Origin: Cyanophora paradoxa CCMP329
Taxonomy: Eukaryota > Plantae > Glaucophyta
Assembly: GCA_004431415.1 (NCBI GenBank)
Contig: QPMI01000054.1
Span: forward strand, 62,001 to 126,000
DNA: 64,000 bases
Direction of reading: 5' to 3'
Positions 25,041-37,600 of this stretch are shown piece by piece (positions within the stretch are counted from its first letter, which is position 1; each line of letters starts with the position of its first letter). The position numbers and the translations under genes were made by a program. Under the pieces are notes generated by a model that was given only the letters and a program-made list of their open reading frames with translations, was not told the DNA's origin and ran no database searches.

Positions 25041-25691
25041 GACTCTGAGATCTAGCTATAGATTCTATTCAATGATTCTCTAGTCAGCCCGGGCCCCGGC
25101 CCCCGGGCGCCCCGCCGCGCCGCCGGGCCGCCGGCCATCCTGGCAGGCCGAATTCGAACTATACTAGTACTGTACTCCGTATAGACCGTATACCATCACA
25201 CGTGCACGATATAGACCGTATATGCATGTAGCATGCAGCCCCGCGCGTGGGCCGCGGGTGGCGTTCGGGGCCGGTAGAAGCTCGAGTTCAGCTGCATCCA
25301 ACATGTATCATCACACGGTATACGTATAGCATGCAGCGCCGGCCTGCGAACCGGCCCAGTGCGGTGAATCAACCGCGGCCGTCTAGATCTGCCGCGTTCT
25401 GCGCATATGCATGCCTCAGTGCGGTGGCCTCAAGCATGCACATGCTGCACATCACACGTCGCGGCATATATATGCATATCCGTAAGTCGCCGTGGGGTAT
25501 CTCTTGTCCGCGTGCACGATGTGCATGTACATGTGCTCATGCATGCGCATATGTATATATGTGATGAAAAGCAGTGCCGCAGATCTACTAGACCCGCCGA
25601 TGCCTCGGAGACGGTGACTACGGCGCTTTCTTTGCTCACCGCGGCGGCCCGCATCCACACACACGGCCTGTACATGTATAGCTAGGTCTCG

Positions 25692-28600
25692 ATGCAAAGC
25701 TTCAACAAGGCGGTCGCAAGCAACAGATGGCCTGTAGCTAGGCCTGCGGCCCTCAGGGGCCTGGGCCGCACTGGCGAAGGCACTGATGCCACCCCCCTCG
25801 ACTCGCAATTGGCCGGCGCCAGCGCCTGTTGCGTGTGCGTTCTCTTCGTGATCAACATCATCGCGGCACCACGCACGATCGCAGCCGGTGCGAGCGCTCA
25901 TGATTATTCAACTTCGGCAGCGCACGCATCGCGAGTGCCGGGCGACCGCGCTCGTGCATGCAGGGGCCACGCTTCCGGAAGCTGAGGCGACATCATACGG
26001 TGTGGTGCTGAACGAGCTCGGGACCCCCCCTGGAATGCCGGCAAGGGCTTCCGCCGCCGGGGCCTTCTTCATCCATTCCGGGCGAACCTACTTCATGAGC
26101 GTCGGGGGTTCCACAGCCTCCAGCACGAGCGATGAGGTGCGCTTGACTTCGACCGCATGCGCATCGATGCCCCCTGCATACGCAAGACCAGCTCTCCAAA
26201 TCAATCGACCCTCACGGTCCGGTAATGCACCGGCCGGGATGCAGATTTGGGTCTATAGCTACAGCGAGTCGAAGACTTGGAGCCTCGCACCCGTGACGAC
26301 AATGTGGCCAATATCTGGCACGAAGTGCGCTTTTGACTCGCGATCGGGAGGAACTTCTTTCATTTACTGTGCGGGTGAGTACTAGCCCTACAGGTAGGCA
26401 TAATGTCATAGTGCCGTTGAACATCGCTTGATGAAGAGCGGCCTTGCAATTGCTGCTTGTGGACTCAACGCTGTGACCGGCCGCGGGGGCACGTATGCAG
26501 GTGGCACCTACTCCGTTGCATACGGCCAGACAAACTTCTGGAGGATTCCTAGCGCCTTGGACCGCTGGCCAGAGGTCCTGCCCAGCATGCCGACGACGAC
26601 CGGCATCAGCCAGCGCACCGGCCATTGTGCGATATCGATGCTATGTGTACTCGCTGTTTTAAGTTCGAGCTAGAATTCGCTGACCATGCTTCTTGCACCT
26701 GCAGGCTTAGCTGTTTTCAACGGCAGCGTCTGGGTTCGTTGAATGCGTTTGAACTTTGATTTGGCTTCCATTATCATCCGTATCATTTAGCTGCAAGCGC
26801 TTGCTTATGTTATGATGGTCGCAGGTCGCGGCGGGATTCGAGAACGGAGGTCGTCTCAACGACTTGCTCCGGTGCGTATAAGCCTGATCGTGAAGCTTAT
26901 ATTCGATAAATTTCCATAGTTAGTATCGCATGCCGGGCGCTTACCTCCTGAGGCAGGTATACTATTTCGAGCAGCAAATGGTCAACGGAGGTGCGACATC
27001 TCATGTTTTGCACACGAGTTCCTCTTTGTCAAGGGGGGGGGGGGGGGGGAGGCGGGGGGGGCGGGGAATAGTGGTTAGGGGATGGTTAGGGCGGGGGGGG
27101 GGGGGGGGGGTAGGGCAAGAGGAGGGAAGAGGGGGGGCGAGGAGGAGGGGGGCAGAAGGCAGAGCAGAGGTCAGCTGCCAGGCTGCAGGTGGGAAAGACC
27201 AGGGGAGAGCAGCGGCCAGGTGGAAAAGACCAAGGGAAGGTGTTGAGGCCCGCTGTGAGCTAGAGCTTAGCACTTATTTGAGAAACAAACATCTAATAAT
27301 TATTTAATTGCGAAACATTTGTTCTCTGGTGAATTCAAATCTGTTTTACAAGTAGCGACACTGTTGTTATATAGTACCTACGGGGGGTTCGCCGCACCTT
27401 AGTCTCTCGAAAACAATGAACAGATTCTTTTTTGTTGCGTCCGCTCTCAAATCATACGAACTGGCACTAATGAATTGTTAGCAGATTCCCAACGGAAATT
27501 CTCAAATGGAGGCGAGAGGAGGGGCCGGCTGCGCGCGCTCTGGAAGCCGCCTCTACATTTCTGGGGGTGGTGGCACGCGGTCGGACGACCAGTATTCAAA
27601 TATTTAGTGCTTCCGAAAATCCTCGTCAATCTATTCTCAAACTCATGTAGTTCGCGCAGTTATGTTGATCTTGCAGAGGGGAATCAACGCCGCTTCGTCC
27701 TCTTGACGGCTTGGAACCGCTATGTGTATCCATCATATGCGAGTGTTGTGCTTCCCGGTCACATTCTCGGAATCTGCTACGGACTTGTCATGTTGGTGCC
27801 CGGGCGTCCGGGTCCGACAACGGGTTTTCCCTTCACCGTGAAAATGTTCAACCCCGAAGGTAACCAAATTCGGACCTTCAAGCGGATGTACATCTCGCAT
27901 ATCGCCGAGTCGACGTCGCACTGCAGATGGCTCTGAGCTGTTTTCTGACCGAGAAGGCCTGTTTCCAATTTCGAAATCTGCCTATGATAGCCCAGCCTCC
28001 TTACATGAAAGCTCGTCGCACGACACCTGCGAGATGTACGTATTCGTCATATCCATTAGTTGAAACTCGTCAATCATGATCTGTGTTCGGCCTTCCAGAT
28101 TCGCTCTCGGCGGGTTCTACGAGGAGTCAACCAGCTTGGTCGCTGAAGCGTGGCAGATTGCAGGCAAGCTGATCGTGAAACGCCAACAGATGTATTGCAA
28201 TATATTACAATATAATAAAGGGATGATGGGTTTTCCTGCAGGGAAAGCTCCTGGAAGCGCATCCGGAGCATCCTTGCCGACAGCAACAGACTTGCAAGGG
28301 TACAGTCGGGGAGCGGCGCCAATGGCAAGTCGATGGCGAGCTGGCGCAACCTTGTTTTATGCTGCTGGGATCCAGAACTTAGCGCTCGTCGGTGGAGAGG
28401 GCATGAATTATGAGTACTTCACGGATGTTTGGAAGCTTGGCATTGGTGAGTCTGATTGCGGGTTTTGTGTTGACGTCTTCGTGATGTTCTGTGGGACTGC
28501 AGAAAGTGGAAACTGGCAGCAGGCTTCTTCGACAGCTGCTTCTGGAGGACCTGGTGTTCGCTGCGCCTGGGACGGGGCAGACAATATATATTGTCTACGT

Positions 28601-31600
28601 GCGCAGTGACACGTATCGTCTATGATCTCTTTATTCATGCAGCGTGCCAGAGACAACCTATTTTTGGAGACATCCAGTCTCGAGTTCACTTAATGATCGG
28701 ATATCCCTCCCTGCACCCCCGCGTTCAATGTCCCACGGATGTGCGTGCGCGAACGCGTCCTCTGCATTTAGTGTCTATTGAATTCTCGATTCCGAAACAA
28801 AAAAGTGTCCATTGATCTGAGTGTGGCTTTTTAGGCATGGCAGTTTACAACGGCAGCGTCTGGTATGCAACTGGATACAGTTATGTCAGCGGTTGGGTGC
28901 CTCGAAGCGATCTTCTGAGGTTGGGGCTCCCGGTCCTGCCATGATCTTGATCGATATCACTCATGATCGTGATCGTGATTAGCCATCTTAAACTGACCAA
29001 CTCGAGGTCCAGGTACGACATAGCTACATTCAAGTGGACGCATGCAATCGAGCACGCCTCTTCCGGAATCTTGGCTGTTATGCGGGCGGCCTGCGCCCGA
29101 GCTGGGTCGAAGCTCTACTTGTATGGTGGTCAAGGAGGAGAGGAAGACGGGTGGCCGCAACTCACCGCATTATACGAAGTTGATTTGGCCTGGGGCGTCC
29201 CAAAGAAGTACAGGCTCGTGGGAAACTATATATCCGGCTGCTCGGAATGTGCCGCCGGAGCATGCCGCGGCCTGGTGTTTCTGGTGAGAAATACTTATCA
29301 GTCGCCTGATCGAGGGCTCTACCTCGTAAATCCTATCGGTACTTTCTCGTATTTTACAATTTGGATGTGTCATCAACCTTAAGCTTCTTCCAGATGGAGC
29401 GGTGTTAAAGCGGGTTTGGAACATCCCGAGGCTCACAGACCTTGCGTGTGCGCCCGAAAATGCTACTTCTAAATTACACATTGCCCGACGTTTTTTTTGT
29501 GTCTCGTTTGACTTCAGACGATTCGGACGACGTGGCGTGCAAATTGTCTGCATACCCCGCTCCGAATTCTAGATCTCTGCTTTCTGTGCGTTCGTTCTGA
29601 CTTGGGGTGGTACGATGCAGCTATAGTGTGACTGGCAGAGCCGCCTACCGTGATTATCGAACAAACGTTTACCAAATAAACGGTGCTTATCGAAGCCTTG
29701 AAGCCGTGCTGCAAAGACGTGAACGATAGTCTTCTAATATTCATATGTTTTGCAATTGCTGACGGGTCGGTACGGAAGGATACTTGTCGGCTTTATCGGT
29801 CGCATGGACCGCGATGCTCGGCGCCGGGACCACGAACTCTACGTTGGCGCCCCTGCAGCGCGGCTCTTACGTGACCGTAGTATACTCCTCCGCCTCGCGG
29901 TCCTTTGGGCCCGTCTCAGTCGGACTTTCACCCGCGGATAGCGACACGCCCCCAATGTCTGAGCTTACCCTTTCCGTCGACGCCGCTTCGGTTTATATCT
30001 ATGCGGCGGGTGGAGCTTTCAACGTCTCGGCCCTCCCCAACGACGTGAACGGGGGCCGGTACCGGCTGCGTGTGTACAACGAGTACGGAGACGGTGCATA
30101 CTCGCCTGCGTTCGAGATCGAGCCGTGTGAGTGCTTCAACAATTGCCCGTCCATCAGTGAGCGTTTGTCGGTCGCACGCTAACTGCCAGCAAGGGGCTCT
30201 TATGGAAATCCGGCGTCCGGCGGCTGGCATGCAGGTGCAAGTTAACACGTCTACGATAATTTGTGAGCCTCCAGTCGATTTCGCGCAGCTTTCCTGCATG
30301 TGGTGCGAGCTTATCACTATACCGACAGCCTGGAGCTCGGCGCTGTGGTCGTTTGAGGCCTCTGTCTACCTGCTTCCAAGCGATAGAGACCGCGTTTCGG
30401 TGCGGGAGCTTAGAAACCCTCGCAGAAAGGAGTATCGTTAAAAATGCCGATGCGCGCATTCGTGCCGATCCATGACTCGGCTTTTTGTGCTCCCTAGTCG
30501 TGGGTGGGCGCACATCTGGGACGGGTGCTCGTATCTGCGGACGGAGGCAGTACCACGGTGTTTATCCCAAAGGAGACGACTCCAGGCGATTTCGTGATTC
30601 AAGTCGTCGACGGGGCCAACCGCGCGAAGAGCTGCCAGATGATTCCATTCGTAACCGTCATTGCTCCAGGTGAGCTCGGTATTACAGTAGCTATAGGATG
30701 CGTTTCCCAATCCGATCGGTTTTCGAAATGCAGATGAAATGTGGGAGCCGGTCATTCACTCCGTCAGCGGAACGAACGGCACCCGAGTGAGCCTCAGCAT
30801 TCGTTATTGGAGGGGCCAGAACGCGTCGGCAGTCGAGGTTAACTGCACCGGCGATGCGCGGATGTACATGACATCCACACCAGTGCGAGAAAGAGATCCG
30901 CCGGTGCTGGAAGCGTATGTTCCTGTGGAGCCGTCGTACACCGCTGGCTTCTACCTGAACTGCAGCGTCTGCCTTCGATCGACCGCCAACCGCGTTTCCC
31001 CCTCCGTGGATGTTGCCTCCGTCTGGGTCAACCCAGGTACGTATACGTATATGCGAACTCGCCCTGTTCCGTCGTCTTCCTATGCATAGCCTTGCGTCAA
31101 GGACCTTCTCTATTCAATCTCGGTTTTTCGAATGCTAAAAGCTTCTACTTCATACACAGCCGCTCCAAGCGCCCCAATCGTACTTTCTGCGTTGGCTTTG
31201 AATTCGACGGCCTCTCGGTTTCGCGTGGCGTTTACAGCGAGTCAAAACGTGACACTTATCGAAGTGGCATGCACGGGTCCTTGCGGAATGCAGGTGGCGC
31301 GCGTCGCAGCTTCTGATGTGAAAGCGGATGGCATCGGCGTCGAAATGAACGTCGCGCCTTCTTTTGCAAGCACCTGTGTGCTGGTATGCTCTGCGTCAGC
31401 CATCACGGTGGCGAACACCCACAACGCGAGTGTCTCCGTGTTGTTGTCTATGCCACTGGGTGCGTGAATGCATGGCATGCTGGCGAGCAGGATGCCGAAC
31501 TAGGAAAAAAACATTCCTAGGAACATGCGATACATTACAAAGCTACAGCATAGCTGGCGCCTTGCAGCAACCAACACATCCGTGGGGACGATCGCTGACC

Positions 31601-34600
31601 TCGACGTGTAATCGCGCAGCGCCGCCGTCGGCTCCGCTGGTGCTCGCGGCGTCAGCGACCAATGCGACACACGTGTCGCTGCAAGCAGCCTTCGCGGCCG
31701 GCCAGAACGTCACGGCGATCCAGTTTGACTGCGCGGGTTTCGGCGGCCCGTACCGGAGAAACGTGTCCGTGTCCGATCTCAACGCGGCCGGGTTCATGAC
31801 ACACATCGTCGTCGCCGCTTCGTATGGGGGCAACTACACGCTGGCATGCTCGGTGGCAGCTCTCAGCGCGGCTGGGCTATGGAGCAGCACAGAAACGACG
31901 CGCTTGGTGGTGGTCCCCGCGGGTGCGTCATGCGAAGCGGAGATCGTGATTAAGACGGGGCTAGGGCTTGGTTTGCGCTTGTCCCTTGCAGGCCGCGCGC
32001 TTTGCCGCGGCGCCGTCGTGGGGCGTGTACTTGCTCGAATGTTGAAGGTGGTATTTTCGGCGCGCAGAAACCCCTTCTGCGCCAACGATCGTCGCGGTGG
32101 ACGTTGTGAACTCGACGCTCCTGGTTCTGCAGGTGGCGTTCACGGGGGGACAGAACGTGACGATAATCGAGGCGAGCTGCACAGGCAGCGGCGGTGCATA
32201 CGTGTCGAGCGCGGCCGTCACCGATGCAGAAGCGGGCGGGGCCGGCGTGGGGTTGTCGGTGGCCGCTCCTCTGTCGTACATGAACTACACGCTCTCCTGC
32301 GTTGCGACGGCGGAGAGCGCAACGAGCCTTCGCGCGACAAGCGGCGCCACGCTCGCCACAATTCCAGCCGGTTCGTTCGGACGGGCATTCGTTCGATGGC
32401 CACGTGCACGGATAGCCGGCTAAGCTGTTCGTGCAATCGATTGGGCGATCAAGAGGACCAGACATCGGCGCTAGCCATCGCAACTTGTAGTTACGCCGAG
32501 CCGATTCCGTAAAAGCGGCTAATATAGCCCATCGGCATTGATTGGGCCTGATAGATTGACGTGATGCAATGCACCCGATAGCTGACCTTGACGTGTAATC
32601 GCGCAGCGCCACCGTCGGCTCCGCTGGTGCTCGCGGCGTCAGCGACCAATGCGACACACGTGTCGCTGCAAGCAGCCTTCGCGGCCGGCCAGAACGTCAC
32701 GGCGATCCAGTTTGACTGCGCGGGTTTCGGCGGCCCGTACCGGAGAAACGTGTCCGTGTCCGATCTCAACGCGGCCGGGTTCATGACACACATCGTCGTC
32801 GCCGCTTCGTATGGGGGCAACTACACGCTGGCATGCTCGGTGGCAGCTCTCAGCGCGGCTGGGCTATGGAGCAGCACAGAAACGACGCGCTTGGTGGTGG
32901 TCCCCGCGGGTGCGTCATGCGAAGCGGAGATCGTGATTAAGACGGGCTAGGGCTTGGTTTGCGCTTGTCCCTTGCAGGCCGCGCGCTTTGCCGCGGCGCC
33001 GTCGTGGGCGTGTACTTGCTCGAATGTTGACGGTGGTATTTTCGGCGCGCAGAAACCCCTTCTGCGCCAACGATCGTCGCGGTGGACGTTGTGAACTCGA
33101 CGCTCCTGGTTCTGCAGGTGGCGTTCACGGGGGGACAGAACGTGACGATAATCGAGGCGAGCTGCACAGGCAGCGGCGGTGCATACGTGTCGAGCGCGGC
33201 CGTCGCCGATGCAGAAGCGGGCGGGGCCGGCGTGGGGTTGCCGGTGGCCGCTCCGCTGTCGTACATGAACTACACGCTCTCCTGCGTTGCGACGGCGGAG
33301 AGCGCAACGAGCCTTCGCGCGACAAGCGGCGCCACGCTCGCCAGCATTCCTGCCGGTTCGTTCGGACGGGCATTCGTTCGATGGCCACGTGCACGGATAG
33401 CCGGCTAAGCTGTTCGTGCAATCGATTGGGCGATCAAGAGGACCAGACATCGGCGCTAGCCATCGCAACTTGTAGTTACGCCGAGCCGATTCCGTAAAAG
33501 CGGCTAATATAGCCCATCGGCATTGATTGGGCCTGAAAGATTGACGTGATGCAATGCACCCGATAGCTGACCTTGACGCGTAATCGCGCAGCGCCACCGT
33601 CGGCTCCGCTGGTGCTCGCGGCGTCAGCGACCAATGCGACACACGTGTCGCTGCAAGCAGCCTTCGCGGCCGGCCAGAACGTCACGGCGATCCAGTTTGA
33701 CTGCGCGGGTTTCGGCGGCCCGTACCGGAGAAACGTGTCCGTGTCCGATCTCAACGCGGCCGGGTTCATGACACACATCGTCGCCGCCGCTTCGTATGGG
33801 GGCAACTACACGCTGGCGTGCTCGGTGGCAGCTCTCAGCGCGGCTGGGCTATGGAGCAGCACAGAAACGACGCGCTTGGTGGTGGTCCCCGCGGGTGCGT
33901 CATGCGAAGCGGAGATCGTGATTAAGACGGGGCTAGGGCTTGGTTTGCGCTTGTCCCTTGCAGGCCGCGCGCTTTGCCGCGGCGCCGTCGTGGGGCGTGT
34001 ACTTGCTCGAATGTTGACGGTGGTATTTTCGGCGCGCAGAAACCCCTTCTGCGCCAACGATCGTCGCGGTGGACGTTGTGAACTCGACGCTCCTGGTTCT
34101 GCAGGTGGCGTTCACGGGGGGACAGAACGTGACGATAATCGAGGCGAGCTGCACAGGCAGCGGCGGTGCATACGTGTCGAGCGCGGCCGTCACCGATGCA
34201 GAAGCGGGCGGGGCCGGCGTGGGGTTGCCGGTGGCCGCTCCGCTGTCGTACATGAACTACACGCTCTCCTGCGTTGCGACGGCGGAGAGCGCAACGAGCC
34301 TTCGCGCGACAAGCGGCGCCACGCTCGCCAGCATTCCTGCCGGTTCGTTCGGACGGGCATTCGTTCGATGGCCACGTGCACGGATAGCCGGCTAAGCTGT
34401 TCGTGCAATCGATTGGGCGATCAAGAGGACCAGATCTAGACATCAGTGCTAGACATCGCAACCTGTAGTAACGACGAACCGATTCCGTAAAAGCGGCTAG
34501 CATAGCCCAGCGGCATTGATTGGGCCTGATAGATTGACGTGATGCAATGCACCCGATAGCTGACCTTGACGCGTAATCGCGCAGCGCCACCGTCGGCTCC

Positions 34601-37600
34601 GCTGGTGCTCGCGGCGTCAGCCACCAATGCGACACACGTGTCGCTGCAAGCAGCCTTCGCGGCCGGCCAGAACGTCACGGCGATCCAGTTTGACTGCGCG
34701 GGTTTCGGCGGCCCGTACCGGAGAAACGTGTCCGTGTCCGATCTCAACGCGGCCGGGTTCATGACACACATCGTCGTCGCCGCTTCGTATGGGGGCAACT
34801 ACACGCTGGCGTGCTCGGTGGCAGCTCTCAACGCGGCTGGGCTATGGAGCAGCCCAGGATCGACGCGCTTGGTGGTGGTCCCCGCGGGTGCGCAATCAAC
34901 CTGCAGACGGGTTGTCATCTTTTCAGAGGCTCTGACACGCGGCGCGGCTTGGGCTTTTTGCGTAGGCACTCCGTCGTCGCCAGTTTTTCTTGCGGCCTCA
35001 GCATCCAACGCAACGCTTGTGTACCTGCGGTTCACGTTCAGTTCGGGACAGAACGTCGGGAGATTGAGTGCAATCTGCTTAGGGTTTGGAGGGCCGTACG
35101 CTTCTGATGCGGATGTGTCGAACGAGGGCCCCGTGGAGCTCGAAACTGTGATTCGTCTTCGAGTGCTTCCGTTGTACTCCAGCAACTATACACTTTTATG
35201 TGCTTTGTCTGCTCACAGTGTAGCTGGGATGTACAGCCCCGCCGTGACTCGATCGCTGATCGTTCCAGCAGGTTCGCATTCCCTCTGCTTTATATCTTTG
35301 AAGAACTCTTTTCGTGAGCTCTCTGAGGCGCAATCGCAGCCCCGCCGGAGATTCCTGCATCAATCCTGCTTACCACGCTCAACGATAGCACCATAGCTGC
35401 GGACGTCGAGTTTGGCCGCGGGCAGAGCGTGCACCAAGTGGAATACAGCTGCGCCGCATTCGAAGGCTCGTACGCGGGGACCGACGCAGTGAGCGCCGCG
35501 GACGAGCTGATCGGTCGCGTCCGTTTGAGCTTAATTATATCCCCTATCTACAACGCGAGCCACACGCTGGGCTGCGCGTTTTGCGTTCGGTCAACAACGG
35601 GCCTCGTCTCTTCGCCCGCGCAAGTGTCGATCGCAATCCCAGCAGGTGCGATCAGATTCTCGCAAAAGATGGCGCCCGACGCTCGTCGCTGATGCGCGAC
35701 GTCGACAGCGACGCCGTCGACACCTTTTTGTGCAGCGCTTGCTGCGAGCAACGCAACGGAAGTCTCGCTCGAAGTTCGTTTCGCACCCGGGCAGAGCGTC
35801 ATCCGTGCCGACGCGCGGTGCACGGCTGCGGGCCAGGGAGGCCCGTTCACGGCCAGCATGCCCGTTCTCGATCCGGCTTCGGGCAGTATCCGCGGAATCG
35901 TGCAGGTCGCGCTGTCGGAGACAGGGAGCTACAGCATCTCCTGTCAAGTATCTGTCCGCTCATCTGCCGGAAAGGCATCCAGTTGGTCAGATACCTCAGC
36001 GACAACTGTTCCAGGCAAGTCAAAGTTTCAGTTGTCACACGCCGCCACCAGATCCAGCTCATCGCATTGAATTAATTATGTACACCGCAGGTATATTCTC
36101 GATGAAAAGGGCGGAACTGAACGCGATGCCTCTTTCGGTGGGGGAATCGGTACCGGTGTCATCTGTGGTGGCCTTCAGAAGCCGCTCCGGGCGCTCGATG
36201 ATTGCTCTCTTCAGAGTCGGCTTTTCAACTTTGTCAACGTCGGACAAAACAATCCTTATATTCGACCAAGGTTTGGAGAAGAAGAATTCAATTGCAAGAG
36301 ATAGACTTTCATGAGCTCGCGCGACATTTACTCAAGTCTCTGTCTTCGAACACGCTTTCGCTGCAGGGCTCCGCGAGTGGACAGAAGCTGCAGTGAATAC
36401 TCCGACGATCGGAGTGGGCGTGCAGTGCGCTTGGGACTTTTCCGAAGCCATTTTCTGCACAGGCACGATTGCTGACCACAGAATTGGTGCTACCTTCTGG
36501 CTCGCATTGTTGAATTCGCTCGCAGGCGGGTATGCCCGGGACGGGACAAGCCTCAAAACAGACGCATGGGCTGTCTCCTCGGCTGTCGACTCGCGGACGA
36601 ATCTTCCCGATATGCCAGTCGCTCGAGCACACCATTGCATAACCGTTTTCAATCAGACCTTATGGGTGAGTTTGGCCACTCCGGCATCCAGCTCATGACC
36701 GCACCCACGACACTCACTTAAGCTTGCTTTTTATAAATTACGTTGCATGGAAAGATCGCGGGCGGATTGGGAGCAAGCGCAGTTGCGGCTGCAGGGGAGG
36801 CAGAAGCCAGAAATGACCTAATGAGGTCGGTGATTGCTTAATTCACATCATGGCATCGTAATTCAAACAAACCGTGATCACGAATGATCTGTGATGGCGC
36901 GATCAGGTATTCAATCTCCGAACGTCTTTGGAGCACAGAGATCGCACATAGTAACATCGAGATGCCTCCGCGCGCTTGGCCGTCGTGTGAGCGTGTGGGT
37001 GCGACTTGTGCTTCAGGAGCTCGAGCGCAGCCTGCGCGCTCCTCCTTTCGTTTCCGATCGGAGCGTGAGCTTTGCTCAGGATCCCGGTGGTTCATTGCGG
37101 GCGCACCAGAGGCCGAAGGGTCGACGAAGACAATGGTTTTACAGTGCATTGCTTTCTTTCGCCGCTTGGCCTCGGCCGGCTCGGCGCTCGCACTTCCGTG
37201 CGGTGATCTTTTTTCGCGTTCCGCAGCGAGGTGGATCTCAGCGAGAGCGCGGCGAAGCCCAGGGCGTTTCGCCTCGTCGGCACGGTCCCCTCCATCTCAT
37301 CGGGCGCGTTCCGCCTCGGCGCGTGCCACGGCTTCCTGTTCGCCGCCTTCGCCGATTCGACACTGCTGTTTCTGGATCCGCGGGGTGCGCCGCGCTGCGC
37401 GCGCGGGCGCCGGAAGTCCTCCGACGCCCCAGGCCCTGGCGCGGCACGCTTCGAATTCCAGATGCGTCGGTGAAGTTTGCCGGCCACCTCGGCGTCCGGC
37501 TCACCTCTCCCCTCCTCGCCTCCGACTGCTCAACCTGCACTTCGTGCGCGCCGAATTCGCGGGCGACATGCGCGAAGCGCTGCTCCCGCGGGCTCTAGAC

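Noticed and set aside
21000-25600. Short ORFs in the MITE nest as transposases or viral genes
   Set aside because: No DDE, RT or capsid motifs; elements are non-autonomous and only 270-440 bp long.
27030-27130. Poly-G tracts in a kinase intron as a functional element
   Set aside because: Homopolymer runs are common throughout the window and error-prone; no boundaries or TSD seen.
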